Shown here piece after piece: positions 18,963 through 28,481 of a DNA stretch of 41,779 nt. The DNA lies in the IMG/VR virus record IMGVR_UViG_3300022217_000261, positions 1 through 41,779 of that record; one strand, 5' to 3'. The position numbers were made by a program, and so were the translations under genes. The notes beneath the pieces were generated by a model that did no database searches, was not told the DNA's origin, and worked only from the letters and a program-made list of their open reading frames with translations. Origin of the DNA: a virus. Its lineage: Duplodnaviria; Caudoviricetes. The stretch's first letter is position 1. Each line of letters opens with the position of its first letter.

Positions 18963-20561
18963 ATGAAATGTAATTGGAAAGTAACATCAATTATTTTGGC
19001 TGTACTAACAATATTTTTAGTAACAGAATATTCGGAAGCTAGAAGGGGAGGGTTCTCATCTTCAAGAAGTTTCTCATCTTCAAGAAGTGTTTCAAAGAGT
19101 AAAAGTTGGGGGTTTTCAAATTCAAAATCTCGTAATACTTCTTCTAAGAAAACAGTAAAACATTCTAAAAAACCTAAGAATGTAGTAAAATCTTCTACGA
19201 AGTCGACATCGAAATTTAATAAGCCAGCTTCTACTTTTTCAAGTAAGAAAGCCGCAAGTAAAAAGAAATCAGCTGCTTCTTATAAAAAATATAAATCAAA
19301 ATTTAAGAAACCTTCTGTTACAGCTAGTAAATCTAGTTTAAGAAAATCGTATAAAAATAATAATATAGTTAGAAATTCTTCAAATTATAATTCGTCTACA
19401 TATGATAGAAGAAGATCTACTTATTATGGTTCTTATCAACAACCTAATTATGTGTATGTAGGTTCTTCTAGTTATGGTATGTGGGATTCTCCGTTCTTGT
19501 GGTATATGCTGTTGAGTAATAATAATTCTAGTTTTGCATATAATCATTATAATGATCCTGGATATCAGCAATGGAGAAGGGAAGCTAATGAACTAGCTAG
19601 AAGCAATGAGAATCTTGAAAGAAAATTGAGAGAATTAGATCGAGAAGTAAGTCAAATATCTGGTGAAAGAAATCCTAATTATTTACCTGCTGGTGTTGAT
19701 GCTGATATAGCACTATCGAGAGATGTAGTAAATGCTAATAGGCCAATTTTGAGAGTATGTACAGGGCCAATTGATGGTATGTATGTTTATTCTGGGAAAA
19801 TTTTAAAGAAATCTTCTGATAGTGTAGATATTGAAATTGTTAAAACAAAAGGCACTATGGATAATTTTAAAAAGGTTGAGGCTGGCGTATGTGATGCCGC
19901 TTTTGTACAAAGAGATGGCTATTGGATTTATGCCCAATTTAATCAAAATACAAATCTTAATTATACCCGGGTGCCATCAGTTTATACAGAATATGTTCAT
20001 TTAATGTGTAAGAATGATAGTGATATTACTAATATTTCCGATATGAGTTCTAGGAATACTATATTAATAGGACATGATGATTCTGGATCAGCTCTTACTT
20101 GGACTAGTTTTGTATCTGAAAACAGTAAGTATAAAAAAGTTAATGCACAAAATGGTAAAAGTGCTAGTGGTGAAGCCTTAGAACTAATACAAAATAATAG
20201 TAAGGCTGATTGTATGCTACAAGTATCTGGGATAAAATCTAAAGGTATTAGAAATGCACTTGAAATGAACAACTATTCTAAAACAATAAGTCTTGCTAGT
20301 GTGAGTGATAACAAGCTTAATAAATTGAAAGACCCGGGTAATAATCCTATTTATAAAGTAGGAGTTATTAAATCTACTACTTATCCTAGTATGCAAGAGG
20401 GAATGATATATGGCCATAATGATATAGATACTTTAACCATAGAAACTGATTTTATAATTTCAAATGTATGGAAGAACAAAAACAAGCAAACTTTTGAACT
20501 TCTTAATGATGAGATTAATCTATCTATTCCTGAAATTAGGGCATACACAAATAGCCAATAA
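18963..20561 (+). CDS. exported Ser/Lys-rich protein fused to a TAXI-family solute-binding domain
   Basis: signal peptide ending SEA|RRGG, low-complexity S/K region, YGMWD, then CTG..GMY, TKGTMDN, CDAAFVQRD, YTEYVHL, SGSALTW; AAGGAG places start at 18963. Confidence 0.75.
   Translation: MKCNWKVTSIILAVLTIFLVTEYSEARRGGFSSSRSFSSSRSVSKSKSWGFSNSKSRNTSSKKTVKHSKKPKNVVKSSTKSTSKFNKPASTFSSKKAASKKKSAASYKKYKSKFKKPSVTASKSSLRKSYKNNNIVRNSSNYNSSTYDRRRSTYYGSYQQPNYVYVGSSSYGMWDSPFLWYMLLSNNNSSFAYNHYNDPGYQQWRREANELARSNENLERKLRELDREVSQISGERNPNYLPAGVDADIALSRDVVNANRPILRVCTGPIDGMYVYSGKILKKSSDSVDIEIVKTKGTMDNFKKVEAGVCDAAFVQRDGYWIYAQFNQNTNLNYTRVPSVYTEYVHLMCKNDSDITNISDMSSRNTILIGHDDSGSALTWTSFVSENSKYKKVNAQNGKSASGEALELIQNNSKADCMLQVSGIKSKGIRNALEMNNYSKTISLASVSDNKLNKLKDPGNNPIYKVGVIKSTTYPSMQEGMIYGHNDIDTLTIETDFIISNVWKNKNKQTFELLNDEINLSIPEIRAYTNSQ
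19053..19088 (+). repeat. 2x 18-bp tandem repeat (FSSSRS x2)
   Basis: TTCTCATCTTCAAGAAGT repeated exactly. Confidence 0.9.
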
Positions 20562-20584
20562 AATGGATTGAAAAGGAGCTTTAC

Positions 20585-21250
20585 ATGGGTATATTTAGTT
20601 TTTTAAAATCATATAAAAAGGTAAAGAAAAATAAGAAAGAGGGCGTACAACCAGATTATCCCTTTAATCTCAGAGTAGATGGTATTATTAAGTTGGATGA
20701 AACACCTTTTCTATTTAACTCTGATTTAAATTTTGATTTTCCTGGAGGATCTACTACAATACTAGCTATAGGAAAATTTAAATTTTATAATGACTCTTTT
20801 TATAGAGCTTATTTAAAATCTAGTGAAGGGAAAGAACCGTTTCTTCAATTTAATATTGATGGATCTGATGTTATATTATTTGATACCATTACTGAAATAT
20901 ATCCTCAATCAGAAAGTGAATGGAATGAGTGGTTAGAACCTGGTGAGGGATATATTGGGCAGCAAACTATTGAGGTTGAAGGTAAATCTACTAGAATTTA
21001 TAATAGAGTGTTTGGAGGTGATAATTATTGGACAGAACCGATCCAATATAATGAACACATAGAGGTTTCTAAAAAACAATCAAATGTTGAAAATTATGAA
21101 GCCCCTGCTCAAATGATGTTATATGAGTATAAACTTGAAAGTGGTGAATCTGAATATATTATGGTTAATTTTGAAGAAGACGAAAATGATATGGATATTC
21201 GTTTGTATATCGGGATTAATATTAAATTAGGTTCATTAGAAATTATTTAA
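20585..21250 (+). CDS. DUF2491/YjfK-like protein
   Basis: YRAYL...FLQ, EIYPQSESEWNEWL..G.IG, YNRVF, MMLY; adjacent to a PspA homologue as in yjfJ-yjfK. Confidence 0.65.
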   Translation: MGIFSFLKSYKKVKKNKKEGVQPDYPFNLRVDGIIKLDETPFLFNSDLNFDFPGGSTTILAIGKFKFYNDSFYRAYLKSSEGKEPFLQFNIDGSDVILFDTITEIYPQSESEWNEWLEPGEGYIGQQTIEVEGKSTRIYNRVFGGDNYWTEPIQYNEHIEVSKKQSNVENYEAPAQMMLYEYKLESGESEYIMVNFEEDENDMDIRLYIGINIKLGSLEII

Positions 21251-21278
21251 AAAAACAAAATAAAAAGGAGATATTAAA

Positions 21279-22052
21279 ATGCTAGGAAATTTTTTCAAAA
21301 ATTATGGTAAACAAAAAATAATGGATGCGGGTGAAGGTGCTATGAATCTTATTGTAAAAATGGATGCTGAAGGTGCTACAGAAGCTTCTATTCTACAATT
21401 AAATGAATATGTGAATGACCTTATAACCCAAGCAGCAGAAGCCAGACAGGAATATAATAAAGAAAAAGCTGAATATGATCACATTCAAGAATTGTTTGAT
21501 AAAAGGATGCAAGCGGCTGAAAACTTGCAGAATATGATTGCTTCAGAAGAAGATGACACTAGAAAGCAAGAACTTGAAGGAAAACTTGCTGATTTGCTAG
21601 ATAAACTGGAATCTATGTCTCCTGATATTGAAAAGGAAAAAGAAGATGCCGAACAAGCTAAAGTTATTTTAGATGATTTGGAAGAAATGGCTAAAGAGGC
21701 GTCTATTGAATTAAAAACAGCTAGACAAAGGGCATCCGAAGCTAAAAGAAATATGCAAAAAGCTTTACTTGATGAAAAGAGAGCTAAGAAAAATCAAGAG
21801 AGAGCTGAAGTAGCTGCTGGTCTAAAAAGGAAGATAGGAGGAATGGGGTCCGCATTAGATACTATGGAAAAAATGGCAGATGACTCTAAAAAGAAAACAA
21901 TGGCTGCTAAGATGAAAACGGATTTATTGAAACCAATTCCTAATATTGACGACGATCCCGATATTAAACTAGCTATGGGAGAAAGTAGCAATAGCAATGA
22001 AGGAAGCAGCATTTCAGATAGATTGAAAAATCTAAGAAGTTCTACCAAATAA
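21279..22052 (+). CDS. PspA/IM30-family coiled-coil protein (YjfJ-like)
   Basis: amphipathic N-terminus MLGNFFKNY, DAEGA, long coiled coil, C-terminal SISDRLKNLR. Confidence 0.65.
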   Translation: MLGNFFKNYGKQKIMDAGEGAMNLIVKMDAEGATEASILQLNEYVNDLITQAAEARQEYNKEKAEYDHIQELFDKRMQAAENLQNMIASEEDDTRKQELEGKLADLLDKLESMSPDIEKEKEDAEQAKVILDDLEEMAKEASIELKTARQRASEAKRNMQKALLDEKRAKKNQERAEVAAGLKRKIGGMGSALDTMEKMADDSKKKTMAAKMKTDLLKPIPNIDDDPDIKLAMGESSNSNEGSSISDRLKNLRSSTK

Positions 22053-22122
22053 TTTGTGTAAATCTTGCCTTACAAATTAACATGAAAATAAAAAATTAAG
22101 ATATGAAAGGAGGAGATATAAA

Positions 22123-22365
22123 GTGAAAAAAATTATGGGAGCACTAGCAGTTATATTGGGTATATTTTTAATGATTTATAATTATTTTTTTAAAGTATCA
22201 AATATAACTAAAAGTGCTGTTATGCAATTAGAAGACAGTGATGTTATGTATGGTATTGGTTCAAGATTAGCAACTACAAATACAAGTTTAATTTTTACAG
22301 TAATTAGTTTGTTGTTAATTATTTATGGAATTTATATTTTTAATAAATCTAAAAATGGAGAATAA
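22123..22365 (+). CDS. small membrane protein with 2 TM helices
   Basis: GTG start with AGGAGG; two hydrophobic helices. Confidence 0.75.
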   Translation: MKKIMGALAVILGIFLMIYNYFFKVSNITKSAVMQLEDSDVMYGIGSRLATTNTSLIFTVISLLLIIYGIYIFNKSKNGE

Positions 22366-22368
22366 AGG

Positions 22369-23158
22369 ATGAAAAATGTATTTTTACTTATAATTATAGC
22401 AGTATTAGCAAGTGCATGTGGCCCCGCTAGAATAGATGAATTTATTGAAGTTAAACCTAGTGAAACTGCTTTTGTAATTCCTTTAGAAGGCGATACAAAA
22501 GCTCAAGGTAAGTTTAATTCTGAAAAATACCTTATTGATAAAAAAGTTGCTGCTAAAAGAATTTATTTACCTTTAAGAAAAGTTGATACTGGAAGATTTT
22601 GGTGGCAATATGCATGGGTACCAACTGTTAAAGTAATTACTGTAGATAGAAAGCCTATTACTTTTGAATGGGAAGGGAAAAAAGGTATAGAATGGGACTC
22701 CTATGTTAAATGAAGAAGGATTACCAGTAGTTGTTCAAGGGGCCAGACAACAAAAAGGAATAATTGTGGATCAGGCTAAAGAAGAATTAATAGAATTCTT
22801 CTCCAAAACTGGATTAACAATTACAACTTTTGGTTTAACTGGTGGGTTAATGTATGATGATAAAGAAATTCAAAAAGCTATTAATGATAATTTTAGATCA
22901 GAATTAGAAATTAAAAATCAACGTAATGAGCGTTTAGCGCAAGAAGAAACTAATAATAAAGATATTGCTCAAGCAACAGCTAAAAAATTAGCGGCACAAC
23001 AATTTGCTTTAGCTGCTGAAGCACAAACTAAAATGATTAATTTAGAAATTGCTAAGATAAAGGCCGAAGCGGAAAAAATAAAGGCTGAAAAATGGAATGG
23101 TCAATTACCATCTAATATTATGCCTGAAGGTTCAAATTTTATTTTAGGAATGAAATAA
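22369..23158 (+). pseudogene. SPFH/band-7-like lipoprotein split into two frames (22369-22713 and 22703-23158)
   Basis: Lipobox-like ASAC and ETAFVIPL in the first part; GLTITTFG, IQKAI, coiled coil and EKWNGQLP (SPFH-like C-terminus) in the second; frame change near 22690. Confidence 0.6.
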
Positions 23159-23166
23159 ATAATATC

Positions 23167-23195
23167 TTGACTTTTTAAATGTAATATTATATAAT
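23167..23195 (+). promoter_or_regulatory. sigma70-type promoter
   Basis: TTGACT-17 bp-TATAAT. Confidence 0.8.
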
Positions 23196-23216
23196 ATAGT
23201 AAAAAATTAATAAATT

Positions 23217-23260
23217 GAAGAGGCTAATTGTAAATAATCAATTAGCCTCTTCTTATTTTT
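23217..23260 (+). terminator. 14-bp hairpin plus T-rich tract (terminator/attenuator-like)
   Basis: GAAGAGGCTAATTG-8 nt-CAATTAGCCTCTTC-TTATTTTT. Confidence 0.65.
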
Positions 23261-23269
23261 AGGAGTAAT

Positions 23270-24766
23270 ATGTCAGAAGAACAATCAGAAAATTTTGAAG
23301 CATTAATTCTGGCCCAGCTTATTCACAACCCGTATTATAGAGATAAAGTTTTAACTCAAATTAGACCTAATTTTTTTGATAATATAGAAAATCAGAAATT
23401 ATTTAAATCCTTACATTCTCTAGTAGTTAAAGATAAAATTAAATTATTAGATAGAAAAACAATAAACATAAAATATAAAGATAATGATCACATAGAAGAA
23501 ATATATGGTCTAGAATATCCCAATGAAAATATAGACTTTTTAATAAAAGAAACCGAAAAGTGGGGAAAAAATAATGCATTAATTGCAGCTATTTTAAAAT
23601 CTGCTGATATAGTAAAAGAAAAAAAAGATACAGGAATAATAGGTAATTTAATTAAAGAAGCATTAACATTTGGATTTGAAAAAGATTTAGGACATAATTA
23701 TTTTAAAGATATAGATAAAAGATTTGAATTCTATAATAAAAAAGAAGAAAAAATATCTACAGGTTATAAATTATTTGATTTATATACTAATGGTGGCTTA
23801 CCAAAGAAAACTTTAACAGTAGGAGCCGCTTCATCGGGTCTTGGTAAAACATTAGCGGCTTGTAATATTAGTGCTAATTTAATTCCTAACAGACTGGTAG
23901 GAGTATATTTAACTCTAGAATTAATGGAAGAATTAATAGCTAGAAGAGTAGATAGTATTTTAACTAAAATTCCTTATTATAAATTGCCACATGAAAAGAA
24001 AGAATTTTTGAAAAGAATATCTAAAATTGAAAATAGAAACAATTTTCATATTAAATATTACCCTCCATCAAAAGCATGCGCAAATAATATTAAAGTATAT
24101 CTTAAAGAACTGGAGATAGTAGAAAAAATAGTACCAGATTATTTAATAGTAGATTATTTACAATTGATGAAACCTAACCACGAAAGACCTGGAATTAATT
24201 CATATGAAAAATATAGAGAAATAGCTGAAGAATTAAGAGAATTATCATCTGAATTAGATATTCCCGTTATTACTTTTTCACAAGTACAACGAGAAGGATA
24301 TTCAAATTCTGAATTGAGTTTAACTCATATTGCCGACTCAATAGCTATTGTAAATGTTGCAGATTTAGTTATTGGATTAACTCAAACTAATGAAGAGGCA
24401 GAAGAAGGGCTACAAACTTGGAAAATTATTAAAAATCGTTTAGGTAGAAAAGGTGTAGCATTTAGAATGCAGCTTGATGATGAAATTCTAAAATTTAATG
24501 AAATACTTAATGATGAAGAATTAACAAAATTTGATACCTGGGATATAAGACGTAAAGAATATGAGGCTTTAACTGATTTGCAAAATAAAGAGAAAGTGAA
24601 TGTTAAAAAGCAGAAGAAAATTAATAAAGAAATAAATTCTTCTTTAGATTTATTGAAAAGGGAAGTTGAAACACAAGAAGATGATAAAGAAGATATAGCT
24701 GATTTTTTAAAAACTATGGTCAATAATAACGAAGAAAATAATGATATGTTTAAGGATTTTAAATAA
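23270..24766 (+). CDS. 41: replicative DnaB-like helicase (T4 gp41-like) with charged C-terminal extension
   Basis: SGLGKT, YLTLE, IVDYLQL, AEELR, SQVQR, ADS, KNRLG. Confidence 0.92.
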   Translation: MSEEQSENFEALILAQLIHNPYYRDKVLTQIRPNFFDNIENQKLFKSLHSLVVKDKIKLLDRKTINIKYKDNDHIEEIYGLEYPNENIDFLIKETEKWGKNNALIAAILKSADIVKEKKDTGIIGNLIKEALTFGFEKDLGHNYFKDIDKRFEFYNKKEEKISTGYKLFDLYTNGGLPKKTLTVGAASSGLGKTLAACNISANLIPNRLVGVYLTLELMEELIARRVDSILTKIPYYKLPHEKKEFLKRISKIENRNNFHIKYYPPSKACANNIKVYLKELEIVEKIVPDYLIVDYLQLMKPNHERPGINSYEKYREIAEELRELSSELDIPVITFSQVQREGYSNSELSLTHIADSIAIVNVADLVIGLTQTNEEAEEGLQTWKIIKNRLGRKGVAFRMQLDDEILKFNEILNDEELTKFDTWDIRRKEYEALTDLQNKEKVNVKKQKKINKEINSSLDLLKREVETQEDDKEDIADFLKTMVNNNEENNDMFKDFK

Positions 24767-24776
24767 GGAGAAATAA

Positions 24777-25145
24777 ATGGAAATAATATTAGCAATATCT
24801 AAAGAAACTGGTGAAGAAATAATAGGAAGACTAGTAGGAGAAATCCAAGAAGATTTAAATTATATTTGTATGCAAGATATTTTTAAAATTCAATGGGTAA
24901 ATAATCAAAATGGCCAAATACTTCCTGTTCCAGTTGACTATCCGTCCCCTAGTTTAGAAAGTTTACTGACTATTAAAGCATATGAAAATTTTGTTAGATA
25001 TTTTTCAATTTTAAAAGATAAATATTGGTATTTTAAGGAAGAAGATATTAAAGAAGAAGTTGTTAAATGGTATAATACTGCTATAGCTTCTAAAACAGGA
25101 ATTACGATGGCGAATGATATTCCACAAAGTACTATAATTACCTAA
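24777..25145 (+). CDS. hypothetical protein (TGEEIIG; possibly Sm-like fold seen in T4-like phages)
   Basis: AAGGAG RBS; N-terminal TGEEIIGRL and C-terminal YN...TGI pattern. Confidence 0.65.
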   Translation: MEIILAISKETGEEIIGRLVGEIQEDLNYICMQDIFKIQWVNNQNGQILPVPVDYPSPSLESLLTIKAYENFVRYFSILKDKYWYFKEEDIKEEVVKWYNTAIASKTGITMANDIPQSTIIT

Positions 25146-25149
25146 TATC

Positions 25150-25178
25150 TTGATTTTTATATAAATTTATTATATAAT
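25150..25178 (+). promoter_or_regulatory. sigma70-type promoter (possibly leaderless mRNA)
   Basis: TTGATT-17 bp-TATAAT; next ATG at 25183 has no RBS. Confidence 0.6.
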
Positions 25179-25182
25179 AATT

Positions 25183-25434
25183 ATGAGAAAAAGATTAAAG
25201 AAAAAGATTACTAAAAAAATAGGAATAGAATTTAATAAATGGTATATAGATGAATTTCTACCTTTGTTAAATAAAAAGAATAAAGAATTAAAGGAATTAA
25301 AAAATATGAAAATTTGTTTAGAATATGAATGCTCTTATTATAATGAAGAAGAAGAAAATAATTGTAGACTGGAAATAGACATAAGCAATTGTAATTTATT
25401 TCCAGTTTACATTGATGATAGTGATGATGTATGA
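25183..25434 (+). CDS. hypothetical protein, 83 aa
   Basis: ORF track; Cys cluster CLEYEC...C...C. Confidence 0.55.
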   Translation: MRKRLKKKITKKIGIEFNKWYIDEFLPLLNKKNKELKELKNMKICLEYECSYYNEEEENNCRLEIDISNCNLFPVYIDDSDDV

Positions 25435-26452
25435 AGATGGTTATTATAATGTAACTACAGAATGGGCTTCTGATTATATAGTAATTGAAAATAATGTTAT
25501 TATAAGAACTTCAAGACAATATAGATGGTTAAGAAATTGGGATATTAATATTTTAAAAAAATTTAAATTAAGAAAGCTAAAGATGGATAAAAAAATAATT
25601 AATATTACACATCGTGACATGGATGGTCTAGTTTGTTCTATTCTATTAAACGATTTTTGTAATGCTAAAGATATAGATTTTGAAAAAATTGAATGCACAT
25701 ATAGAAATATAGATTCAACTCTAAAAAAAGTTATTGATGAAAATTGTTATATTTTCATCACTGATATTTCTATTGTAGATGAATCACAATTCCCAGAATT
25801 AAAAAATATGAAAAATGTTTTCTTCATAGATCATCATCCTAGAGAAACTCCTTCAATTATTAAAAATCAATACCATGCAATTAATAAAGGAGCAGGATGT
25901 AAAATGACTATGGATTATATTGAGAAAAAATACAACTATAAATTTTCTAAAGATATCAAAAGATTAGTATTAATTGCTTCGGATTATGATACATGGACTC
26001 ATAAGTATCATATTTCAAAACAAATGAATAGATTGTTTTATTTTCATGGAGTTAATAAATTTTTTTATAGATTTGCCGCAGGATTTAATGGTAAATGGAC
26101 GGATGAAGAAAAGAAATTTTTTATTGCTAAAAATGCTGAGGTTCAGCATATTAAAGATACTTTGATGATTGAAGAAATATCAAATAATGTTAGATTAATT
26201 TGTGTTACTAAAGAAATAGATGAAATGGCAGAATATGTTCAACAAAAAGATAATGTAGATTATGTTATTGTTTATAATTCTTTTTTAAAATCATTAAGTT
26301 TTAGATCTACAGAAAAAGCAAAAATTCATATGGGAGAATTTTTAAATCAATATGGTGGTGGAGGTCATAAATGTGCAGCTGCTGTTAAAATTAAAGATGA
26401 AAATGAAATATTTCCAATATTAGAAATTTTAGTTACTACATTAGGAGAATAA
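25412..26452 (+). CDS. DHH/DHHA1 phosphoesterase (domain begins at ATG 25583)
   Basis: THRDMDG, ITD, FIDHH, SFRS, GGGGHKCAA. Confidence 0.85.
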   Translation: MMIVMMYEDGYYNVTTEWASDYIVIENNVIIRTSRQYRWLRNWDINILKKFKLRKLKMDKKIINITHRDMDGLVCSILLNDFCNAKDIDFEKIECTYRNIDSTLKKVIDENCYIFITDISIVDESQFPELKNMKNVFFIDHHPRETPSIIKNQYHAINKGAGCKMTMDYIEKKYNYKFSKDIKRLVLIASDYDTWTHKYHISKQMNRLFYFHGVNKFFYRFAAGFNGKWTDEEKKFFIAKNAEVQHIKDTLMIEEISNNVRLICVTKEIDEMAEYVQQKDNVDYVIVYNSFLKSLSFRSTEKAKIHMGEFLNQYGGGGHKCAAAVKIKDENEIFPILEILVTTLGE

Positions 26453-26456
26453 TTTT

Positions 26457-26798
26457 ATGTATGTGAATTCACAAAGACCATTACCTGATATGTTATTTAT
26501 ACAAAAATTAAAGAAAATTAGTTCTAATGAAGAAATTGAATATATAATAGATATTTTAGATGATGAAAATAAACATATTATAAATGATATAGATAAGCAG
26601 AAAATAGAACGTTTTTTTAAACGATTGCGGTATAATTCTAAAGGGTCTGTAAGTTCTTGGAAAGATACTATTGTAGAATTTTGTAATACTTATGATTGTG
26701 ATATATTATTTATATTACAAAAAAATAAAAGATTATTTGAAAAAATTAAAATTGAAATGAAAAATCTTAATAATGAAAATATGGAAGAATTTTTTTAA
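26457..26798 (+). CDS. 33: late transcription co-activator, T4 gp33-like
   Basis: 113 aa; DTIVEFCNTYDCD...LFEKIKIEMKNLN pattern; terminal MEEFF; directly precedes a gp59-like gene as in T4. Confidence 0.6.
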   Translation: MYVNSQRPLPDMLFIQKLKKISSNEEIEYIIDILDDENKHIINDIDKQKIERFFKRLRYNSKGSVSSWKDTIVEFCNTYDCDILFILQKNKRLFEKIKIEMKNLNNENMEEFF

Positions 26799-26853
26799 AA
26801 AAATGAGGAGATTTAAAAATGTATCAAAAAGAATCTGAGAGTGTTGGAAGAAG

Positions 26854-27450
26854 TTGAAGAATGAATATAGAAAAATAACTATTAGTCCAATTTATATATA
26901 TAATATATTTCTTAATACATATTATCGCTATTTTGAAAATAGATATAATAGACAAACTAAAAAAATAGAAGAAAGTTTAGAATCATTTTTAAAATGGTTT
27001 ATAAGTACATATTATTATAAATTTAAAGAGGATAAAGAGGAATTTGAAAATTATTTATTTTGGATATTTCAAACATATGGTAAAATATCTATTAGACAAA
27101 TACATAAATATATTGAACTTTGGGAAAAAAGTAAGAGTTTAGAAGAAGAACCTTTCTCATTAAAAATTTCAAAATATCTTAGAGATAATTATATAACATG
27201 GAATAATTATATAAAACCTAAAAAAGGATATTTTCCTATTATACTTCAACATTATATATCAGATAGAAATTTTCCATTTGAGCTATTATTATATCTTAAT
27301 ATTTTAGATAAAGTAGAAAATAAAAATAAAAATATATTAAAAATGTTAATTAGTAAAGAATTATATGATATTAAAAAATATAAAATAAAAGCAGAAGCTA
27401 ATGAAAAATTTATTCAAAATGAAATAGAAAATATTAAAAATTCAATATAG
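26854..27450 (+). CDS. 59: helicase loader, T4 gp59-like (TTG start)
   Basis: size, basic/aromatic composition, FPIILQHYIS..FPFELL..L.IL pattern, synteny after gp33-like gene. Confidence 0.5.
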   Translation: MKNEYRKITISPIYIYNIFLNTYYRYFENRYNRQTKKIEESLESFLKWFISTYYYKFKEDKEEFENYLFWIFQTYGKISIRQIHKYIELWEKSKSLEEEPFSLKISKYLRDNYITWNNYIKPKKGYFPIILQHYISDRNFPFELLLYLNILDKVENKNKNILKMLISKELYDIKKYKIKAEANEKFIQNEIENIKNSI

Positions 27451-27463
27451 AGGAGAAAATATT

Positions 27464-27793
27464 ATGATGGAAGATGACAATCAAACTCCTATTCCAACTC
27501 AAGGAGGACAAATATATGGTTATGAAGTGCAAATAAAAAGATCTAAAGATTCTTGGGAACCAGCTAATATGATAAAAGATAAGAGTGGGGTGCCATTACC
27601 TCTTATGCATAATGGTATATTAAATACTATGGGATTTTATGGTTATGCACAATCTAAATCATTGGCTTGGATGATAAAGGCAATTGCAGCATCTGAAGGT
27701 AAACAAATTGATGTTAGAATAGTACCATTTAAAATAATATATGATATAAAATGTTATATATTAGAAGATGAAGCTAAGATAATAGAGGAATAG
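27464..27793 (+). CDS. hypothetical protein, 109 aa
   Basis: GAGGAG RBS. Confidence 0.7.
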   Translation: MMEDDNQTPIPTQGGQIYGYEVQIKRSKDSWEPANMIKDKSGVPLPLMHNGILNTMGFYGYAQSKSLAWMIKAIAASEGKQIDVRIVPFKIIYDIKCYILEDEAKIIEE

Positions 27794-27797
27794 AGTT

Positions 27798-28019
27798 ATG
27801 ATATTTCTAGGTAAAATGTGGGATAATTGTTGGAAAGTTTTATTGGTATTAATATTATTTGGTCCAATTCCATTTATTATATGGTTAGATCTTCATTTTA
27901 ATTTTAAAGAAGCTATGCCTTTAATTATAATGCTAGTAATTTTCATAGATATATTATTGCTGATTGGATTTAATAAATGTCATGATGATTATTTATATAA
28001 ATCACGATATGATAGATAA
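27798..28019 (+). CDS. small membrane protein with 2 TM helices
   Basis: two hydrophobic stretches; GAGG RBS. Confidence 0.65.
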   Translation: MIFLGKMWDNCWKVLLVLILFGPIPFIIWLDLHFNFKEAMPLIIMLVIFIDILLLIGFNKCHDDYLYKSRYDR

Positions 28020-28031
28020 TAGAGGAATAGA

Positions 28032-28481
28032 ATGAAAATACTTAAATGGTATGAATATTGTGATGATATTCAACTATTAATTAAGAAAATAGAAAATTTA
28101 AACTTAAATATAAATAAAATATATGCTATTCCTAGAGGTGGATTAATTCCGGCTACCATTATCTCTCATTATTTTGATGATATTCCAATTGTTACCAAAA
28201 TTGAGGACTTTGATTTTGATACTTATAATAAAATATTAGTAATAGATGATTTATGTCATACTGGTTATACTATGAAAAATCTAATAAAAGTTAAGATGGA
28301 TAATGTATTTACAGCAGCATTATATGTAAAACGAAAATCTTCTTTTATTCCAGATTTATATATAGAGGGTGATATACCTGAAGACGAATGGATACTTTTT
28401 CCATATGATAATGAAATTAAAAGTGAAGATGAATTAACAGAGGATCATTATAATAAAGTTAATAGTCTAAAGAATGGATAG
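28032..28481 (+). CDS. purine phosphoribosyltransferase (xanthine-guanine PRTase-like)
   Basis: AIPRGGLIPA, LVIDDLCHTGYT PRPP loop, WILFPY. Confidence 0.88.
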   Translation: MKILKWYEYCDDIQLLIKKIENLNLNINKIYAIPRGGLIPATIISHYFDDIPIVTKIEDFDFDTYNKILVIDDLCHTGYTMKNLIKVKMDNVFTAALYVKRKSSFIPDLYIEGDIPEDEWILFPYDNEIKSEDELTEDHYNKVNSLKNG

